Assembly: GCA_016839445.1 (NCBI GenBank)
Contig: JAEOUG010000027.1
Span: forward strand, 25,075-45,074
DNA from: Candidatus Thorarchaeota archaeon
GTDB taxonomy: Archaea > Asgardarchaeota > Thorarchaeia > Thorarchaeales > Thorarchaeaceae
Direction of reading: 5' to 3'
Length of the DNA: 20,000 nt
The notes under the pieces: model-generated
Seen by the model: only the letters and a program-made list of their open reading frames with translations
The model's database searches: none
What the model was told of the DNA's origin: nothing
Made by a program: the position numbers and the translations under genes
In this document: positions 14,846 to 20,000 of the stretch, one piece after another
Layout: each line of letters starts with the position of its first letter
Position numbering within the stretch: the stretch's first letter is position 1

Positions 14846-15454
14846 TCAGAGCGTGATCTCAGTTCCCGCGGTGTATGCTGCATCCAAGGCGCCAGTGGCC
14901 CACAGCTGGTATCGGTACGTGCCGTGAACTACACCGTTCGCTGCGACAGTGGCATTACCAAAGACATAGATTGAGGGGATTCCGTTTCCTCCCGAGGTCA
15001 GAATCAGAGCAACAGGCTTGCCCTGGAAGTCGACGCGCTCCAGGTAGCCTAGCATGGCCACATGGGGTTGTCCTCCGTTGGTGGGACTTCCGAGCACAAT
15101 CAAGTCATAACCCGTTACATTGGTGGGAGTCTGGGACGAAGTTGTGGTGATGTTGACACGCCAGTCTGAGTCCACTAGGCCTCGGACGAAGGCATTCACG
15201 ATGTCCTCGTTCCAGCTTGTGACTCCTGGTCTGAACACGACAAAGACAGTGCCTGTGGCTCCTGCGGGGTTCAGAGTCTGCACATCTCGTATAGTCGCAC
15301 GGCCGTTGTAAGCAACAACCGCGACGCTAGTGACAACGAGAGATGCGACAATCACGACGAGCACAATGCTGCAGAGACGTCTCCTCCTCATGGGCTCATC
15401 TGGTTTCACCATGACTAATGAATCTTCAGTCCTTCTTCCATGATCCATAGACAT
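14846..15454 (-). CDS. Membrane-anchored flavodoxin-like fold protein (domain predicted to lie outside the cell)
   Basis: The N-terminal basic cluster MRRRR is followed by the TM segment LCSIVLVVIVASLVVTSVAVVAY. Next comes a flavodoxin-like pattern: TVFVVFRPG...NAFVRGL...GYDLIVLGSPTNGGQPHVAMLGYLERVDFQGKPVALILTSGGNG. Later in-frame ATG codons are possible starts. The 5' end overlaps the upstream gene by 29 nt. Confidence 0.55.
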   Translation of the reverse strand: MSMDHGRRTEDSLVMVKPDEPMRRRRLCSIVLVVIVASLVVTSVAVVAYNGRATIRDVQTLNPAGATGTVFVVFRPGVTSWNEDIVNAFVRGLVDSDWRVNITTTSSQTPTNVTGYDLIVLGSPTNGGQPHVAMLGYLERVDFQGKPVALILTSGGNGIPSIYVFGNATVAANGVVHGTYRYQLWATGALDAAYTAGTEITL

Positions 15455-15953
15455 ACCAAGTGCGGAACCCGAGGAGTATCACCGTATAGACAAGAACGAT
15501 GAGGAGGACTCCGCCGTACACAATCTCCAATGGGAAGAGAAGGGTTACTCCGACCGCGCCAATGAGGAAAATGCCATAGTATTTCCCCACGGGGTCATAG
15601 GTCGGTTCTTCTGAAGTGGACGTCGCAAGGAACAAGGTGAACATGAGAAGGAAGAGAGCCAAGATCCAGATGGGGTAGATATGCGTCAGCACAAAAGCTG
15701 CGAAGGAGAACATCACAAGCACGAAGTCAGCCAGAGGGTCCAGATACGCCTCTATCTTTGATGAAGCAGTGGTGCCCAGCCTTCGTGCGAGCATGCCATC
15801 CACTAAGTCTGAGCCAAAGGCAACCGTGTACAGAATAACAGAAGCCTCGAAGTAGTCTGAAAGGAGTGTGTAGAAGAAGGCAGGTGCAATGCAGAGTCGA
15901 ACTAGGACTACCACGTACGGGAGCTTCTGCACTCTGCTCTGATCTTGGCCCAA
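15426..15953 (-). CDS. CDP-alcohol phosphatidyltransferase family protein (small, 175 aa)
   Basis: Multi-TM protein with SDLVDGMLARRLGTTASSKIEAYLDPLAD. This matches the D-x2-D-G-x2-A-R...D-x3-D signature, although Glu occupies the usual Gly position. The start is non-ATG (TTG 15953 or GTG 15932). Confidence 0.75.
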   Translation of the reverse strand: MGQDQSRVQKLPYVVVLVRLCIAPAFFYTLLSDYFEASVILYTVAFGSDLVDGMLARRLGTTASSKIEAYLDPLADFVLVMFSFAAFVLTHIYPIWILALFLLMFTLFLATSTSEEPTYDPVGKYYGIFLIGAVGVTLLFPLEIVYGGVLLIVLVYTVILLGFRTWYVYGSWKKD

Positions 15954-16083
15954 TTCGCCAGCTCCAGATTGACTACGGTCATGTCATCCTTAAGAATCAG
16001 TCACCTATCATGGCTCGCAACTCGTGGTCTCCGAGAAACGCAAATATGGCTGTGCTTCTTCATGCTACCGCAGACGTGAGTCA

Positions 16084-19000
16084 ATGGAAATCAAGGTCAG
16101 AGGAGCAAAGGAGCACAATCTGAAGTCTGTGGACGTCGACATAGGTGACGGACTGACAGTAGTCACTGGGATATCAGGTTCAGGCAAAACATCGCTTGTC
16201 TTTGATACCATGTACCACGAGGCAAGACGGAGGTTCTTGGACGTCTTCAGGTCAGGTAGCTCGACAGTCCGTATGCCCCCAGCAGATGTGAAATCGGTGA
16301 GTGGCATAGGACCTACAATCGCAATCGAGCAGAATGTCCTCAACCTCAATCCTATGTCAAGCTTGGCAACAGCTTCCGGACTACATCCATTCCTCAGGCT
16401 TCTCTACTCAAGATTCGGCACAAGGCTCTGTCTTGGGTGCGGTAACAAGCTAAGTGTGCTTCGGGAGGATGAGGTTGTGTCGCTCCTGAGGCAGGACGCA
16501 GAAGACAGGGACCTTGAGGTATTTGCGCCACTCGTAACAGCTGTGAAGGGAAGTCATCGGACGCTGCTGGACCTTCTCGAGAATCAGTTTGGCCGCTCGG
16601 CCCTCATCGTAGATGGAAAGCCATATGACAGCTCTCCTCTCGACCCGAAGAAGGCCCATGATATCAGAGTGAGAATAGGCGCGCTCGGCCCCAGGTCCAG
16701 GATTGCGGATTTCAGAGAGGCAATAGAAATCTCATCTGTGCTGGGGGCGAACGCGGTGTCGCTCAAGTCAGGAAGCGAAACGAGGGAGTATGCCCTCAGC
16801 AACCTCTGTGTGCATTGCGGGAAGTGGGCTCGAGAAGTCGAACCAAAACACTTCAGGATGGACTGTCCCTACTGCAGGGGCAAGGGCTGCGAGCGATGCT
16901 CAGACACTGGGGTTCATCCTCTGGCTGCATCTGTCAGGTGGGAGGGCAAGACACTCAAGGAACTCCTCGCCCTGACGGTCGAAGAAGCAAGAGACCTCCT
17001 CGATGCGTCTCATTTGCCCCCAACTGCGGCGCGTCTTGTATCAGAGATCGCCAAGAGGCTTCATGCTCTCAGCACAGTGGGTTTAGGCTACCTCCAGCTC
17101 GATAGATCCTCTCCCAGTCTTTCGCGCGGTGAATCGCAGCGAGTCCGACTTGCCGTCTCTCTGACCAGTCGGCTCGAAGACATTGTGCACGTCTTGGACG
17201 AACCGACAATTGGCCAGCATCCACATGATGTGGCGAACCTGATGCCGTCATTTAGGAGACTGCTTGGACCAGTGGTCTTCGTAGAGCACGATAGACTGGC
17301 TGCTTCCTATGCAGACACCGCAGTTGACCTCGGGCCGGGAGCGGGACACGCAGGCGGAGAGGTTACGTTTCAAGGGACCCCTGCTGAGCTATGGCGAAGC
17401 GACACAACGACTGGACGATACTTCAGCCTGAGAGAGCGTGTTCCCAGATTCGAGCAACGCGATTACCCGGATGAGTTCATCACCATCAGGTCAGCCTCCC
17501 GACACAATCTGAAGGGGATTGATGTGCGAATCCCCCTGAAACGTCTGACTGTGATTACGGGAACGAGCGGGTCAGGCAAGAGCACCCTGGTTGAGCATGT
17601 CCTGGTTCCCTCTCTGCAGAAGAGCAAGCCGATAGGATGCAAGGCACTAGAAGGCAGAAAGGTCAAGCCAATCATGGTGGACCAGAAACCCGTGGGGAAA
17701 AATCCCAGGTCGAACCCAGGAACCTACACAAAGCTCTCCGACATGGTTCGAGACCTCTATTCGTCTGAGACTGGCCTATCGGCGTCACACTTCTCATTTA
17801 ACCGACCTGAAGGGGCATGCACTGGCTGCAAGGGCATGGGCTCAGTTGAGGTGAAGATGCGGTACCTTCCATCCATCTGGATAACGTGCTCCGACTGCAA
17901 TGGTCGTAGGTTCAAGGACGAGGTCCTCGAGTCGCGGGTCAAGTTCGGAGACCACGAGCTGAGTATTGCGGACTTCTATGACCTCTCCATAGGTGAGGTC
18001 CGGGATCTACTACGGGACGACAAACGGCTTCCCGAAGGCAAGAGGAAGGCATCCACGAACATCTTGGATGCACTGAGCACGATTGGACTTGGCTACCTGA
18101 AACTGGGCCAGAAATCCCCAAGTCTCTCGGGAGGAGAATCTCAGAGGATCAAGCTGGCCAAGTTCCTCGGCAAGAAGTCGCTGTCGTCAAGAGTGATAGT
18201 ACTCGATGAGCCAAGTTCCGGTCTCCACGCCGCTGACTTGAGCGGCCTCCTGAAGGTCCTCCACAAGTTGGTTGAGCAAGGAGCGACAGTAGTGGTTGTG
18301 GAACACAATACAGACGTGATTCGGTCTGCGGATTGGGTCGTGGACCTCGGGCCACAGGGAGGGCCAAACGGCGGAGAGGTCCTATACTGTGGCCCAGCCT
18401 CTGGTCTTGCTGATGTTGAGGAGTCTCTAACCGCTCAGGCTCTGGCAGAGGAGGAGAAGCTCAGACCAAGAGGCAGGCCCAAGAGGTCTAACGCCCTCGC
18501 TGATGTGATCCGTATCAAGAATGCCACCGCGAACAATCTGAAGTCGGTGAGCGTAGACATCAAGAAAGGAAAGATGACAGTGGTCACTGGCCCGTCGGGA
18601 TCAGGGAAGTCATCATTGATTCGCGACGTTCTCCAAGCAGAGGCGGACAGACGCTTTCTGGAGTCGCTGTCGATCTATGAACGACAGGGCATGTCAGAGG
18701 GGCCAGAAGCACCCGTTGACACCATAACCGGGCTGGGGGTCTCTCTGGCGGTCTCAACCCGAAGAAGAAGAGGAGCTGGATGGTGGGCAGTCTACGAAAG
18801 GCGAGCGACTGTAGGAACGGTATCGGAGGTCTCTAATCAGATAGACGTCCTGTTTGCTGCTCTGGCCAAGAGGGCGTGTCTAGAGTGCGGCGCCGAGATG
18901 AAACGGAAGGACAAATGGATTTGTGAGAAGTGCGGAAGCACTGACACCCTCGATACACCACGAGCCTTCTCCCCTTCAACGTACTATGCCGCCTGCAACG

Positions 19001-20000
19001 AGTGCAGCGGAGTTGGTTCCAAGAACCAGCCAGTCGTCGAGAAGCTCATCATTGCCCCCGAGAAGCCAATCTGCAAGGGCGCGATGTACTCTCCAGGATA
19101 CTTCCCGGCGAAGTACTTCTGTGAGCCAACGAGTGCGGCCTCAGGAAGACTGATTGCTTTGGGGCACAAGTTTGGGTTCGACCCTCAGACGACTCCCTGG
19201 CGTGAGATCAGTGAGGAGGGGAAGAGAGCCTTTCTCTTTGGGGATGATGAGAAGCTTGAGTACACGTACCTTGGTACTCATCGAGGGAAGAGAGCAGAAG
19301 TCACAGCAAGGAGTCGCTGGTCGGGCTTCTTCCGACTGGTAGGCGACTGGGACGTTGGCCAGACCTTCACGGACCGCGTAGCATGCGAAGTATGTGGAGG
19401 GACCGGCCTCAAACCGAAGTACCTCAGTTATAGGATTGCAGGACATGATGTCCACCGTTTGAAGAACAAGACAGTGTCGGCGCTTCTCCAGATTCTAAGA
19501 GAGGTAAGGGCCCCTGAAGATGACGTCTTCTTCGCAGCCGAGAATCTGAGGAGGGCCCTCACGAAGCTGGAGTTTCTCGAGCAGGTCGGTCTCGGATACA
19601 TCCACCTGAACCAACCGTCTCTATCACTCTCTGCAGGAGAAGCTCAGAGAGTGATTCTTGCAGGAATCCTCGGCAGCGGCTTGACCGCTCTGACCGTACT
19701 CCTAGACGAGCCTTCTAGAGGCATGCACCCATCCGAGGTCGGTGGTCTGGTAAGGGCTCTTGAAGCACTCAGAGACGAAGGCAACACACCCATAGTGGTT
19801 GAGCACGACCCTGTGGTGATCCGCGCGGCCGACGAGCTTATAGACATGGGGCCGGGAGCAGGTGCGGGAGGCGGAAGGGTTGTGGCAATGGGAAGCCCTG
19901 AGAGCGTTGCCAAGGCGGCCACGGTCACCGGGAGGTGGCTTCGAGGGGAGCGTACCATAGACTACTCGACTGCTATACGAAAACCGGACTTATGGATGAC
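16084..20000 (+). CDS. uvrA: Tandem-duplicated UvrA-like ABC ATPase (UvrA-UvrA fusion), 3' end outside the window
   Basis: I translated frame +1 by hand from ATG 16084 to base 20000. That gives 1305 codons with no stop, which is why the ORF is absent from the track. The N-terminus is MEIKVRGAKEHNLKSVDVDI. Walker A motifs lie at 16168-16191 (GISGSGKT), 17560-17583 (GTSGSGKS) and 18589-18612 (GPSGSGKS). ABC signatures lie at 17119-17139 (LSRGESQ), 18124-18144 (LSGGESQ) and 19627-19647 (LSAGEAQ). Walker B motifs are VLDEPT, VLDEPS and LLDEPS. UvrA-type CxxC zinc modules occur throughout. Confidence 0.9.
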   Translation, partial: MEIKVRGAKEHNLKSVDVDIGDGLTVVTGISGSGKTSLVFDTMYHEARRRFLDVFRSGSSTVRMPPADVKSVSGIGPTIAIEQNVLNLNPMSSLATASGLHPFLRLLYSRFGTRLCLGCGNKLSVLREDEVVSLLRQDAEDRDLEVFAPLVTAVKGSHRTLLDLLENQFGRSALIVDGKPYDSSPLDPKKAHDIRVRIGALGPRSRIADFREAIEISSVLGANAVSLKSGSETREYALSNLCVHCGKWAREVEPKHFRMDCPYCRGKGCERCSDTGVHPLAASVRWEGKTLKELLALTVEEARDLLDASHLPPTAARLVSEIAKRLHALSTVGLGYLQLDRSSPSLSRGESQRVRLAVSLTSRLEDIVHVLDEPTIGQHPHDVANLMPSFRRLLGPVVFVEHDRLAASYADTAVDLGPGAGHAGGEVTFQGTPAELWRSDTTTGRYFSLRERVPRFEQRDYPDEFITIRSASRHNLKGIDVRIPLKRLTVITGTSGSGKSTLVEHVLVPSLQKSKPIGCKALEGRKVKPIMVDQKPVGKNPRSNPGTYTKLSDMVRDLYSSETGLSASHFSFNRPEGACTGCKGMGSVEVKMRYLPSIWITCSDCNGRRFKDEVLESRVKFGDHELSIADFYDLSIGEVRDLLRDDKRLPEGKRKASTNILDALSTIGLGYLKLGQKSPSLSGGESQRIKLAKFLGKKSLSSRVIVLDEPSSGLHAADLSGLLKVLHKLVEQGATVVVVEHNTDVIRSADWVVDLGPQGGPNGGEVLYCGPASGLADVEESLTAQALAEEEKLRPRGRPKRSNALADVIRIKNATANNLKSVSVDIKKGKMTVVTGPSGSGKSSLIRDVLQAEADRRFLESLSIYERQGMSEGPEAPVDTITGLGVSLAVSTRRRRGAGWWAVYERRATVGTVSEVSNQIDVLFAALAKRACLECGAEMKRKDKWICEKCGSTDTLDTPRAFSPSTYYAACNECSGVGSKNQPVVEKLIIAPEKPICKGAMYSPGYFPAKYFCEPTSAASGRLIALGHKFGFDPQTTPWREISEEGKRAFLFGDDEKLEYTYLGTHRGKRAEVTARSRWSGFFRLVGDWDVGQTFTDRVACEVCGGTGLKPKYLSYRIAGHDVHRLKNKTVSALLQILREVRAPEDDVFFAAENLRRALTKLEFLEQVGLGYIHLNQPSLSLSAGEAQRVILAGILGSGLTALTVLLDEPSRGMHPSEVGGLVRALEALRDEGNTPIVVEHDPVVIRAADELIDMGPGAGAGGGRVVAMGSPESVAKAATVTGRWLRGERTIDYSTAIRKPDLWM

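Noticed and set aside
16065-19958. Minus-strand and off-frame ORFs inside the uvrA region (16065..16349, 16450..16659, 16584..16802, 16790..16975, 16815..17105, 17069..17251, 17463..17675, 17757..17942, 17939..18121, 18149..18367, 18923..19153, 18984..19169, 19141..19455, 19154..19342 and 19644..19958).
   Set aside because: They are short and rich in Arg/Ser/Pro, have no recognisable motifs, and are fully embedded in a strongly supported CDS. These are typical shadow ORFs.
16084-20000. The ORF track shows no long plus-strand ORF over the last ~3.9 kb, which could suggest non-coding DNA or a pseudogene.
   Set aside because: Manual translation of frame +1 gives an uninterrupted UvrA-like sequence to the window edge. 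The ORF is missing from the track only because it has no stop codon inside the window.

Overview
This window is densely coded on both strands, with about 16 protein genes. I saw no rRNA, tRNA, CRISPR array, transposase or integrase. The gene content suggests an uncultivated archaeon, but the sequence alone cannot prove that. The clues are cofC-cofD F420 genes, giant surface proteins with C-terminal TM anchors and many N-x-S/T sequons, an oligo-T terminator and a TATA-like box about 25 nt from a start codon.

Gene order:
- Plus strand: ArsR-wHTH fusion protein, GNAT acetyltransferase, AlkD-family DNA glycosylase, then a 1120-aa protein (12 Kelch blades, FN3, purple-acid-phosphatase-like domain).
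- Minus strand block: TfoX-like, ketopantoate-reductase-like, cofC, cofD, a stand-alone FbiB-C-terminal-like nitroreductase, an Fpg/Nei glycosylase, a terminator, and an 824-aa surface protein built from three tandem alpha/beta modules.
- Then: ICMT-family methyltransferase, a 92-aa orphan ORF, a membrane-anchored flavodoxin-like protein and a CDP-alcohol phosphatidyltransferase.
- Finally, an ORF that is missing from the supplied track because it has no stop codon. Frame +1 is open from 16084 to base 20000.

That last ORF is the most unusual object. It encodes a tandem UvrA-UvrA fusion of at least 1305 aa, with three ABC modules and the start of a fourth. The two UvrA units have lost reciprocal accessory domains.

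Other leads:
- The Fpg/Nei homologue has Ile instead of the catalytic Pro2 and sits in an apparent operon with F420 genes.
- The nitroreductase is a candidate dehydro-F420-0 reductase.
- Both giant surface proteins share a C-terminal FP-TM-YK(R/Q)RR signal, and a CDP-alcohol phosphatidyltransferase lies nearby.
- Tandem palindromic operator-like repeats lie at 7842-7880.
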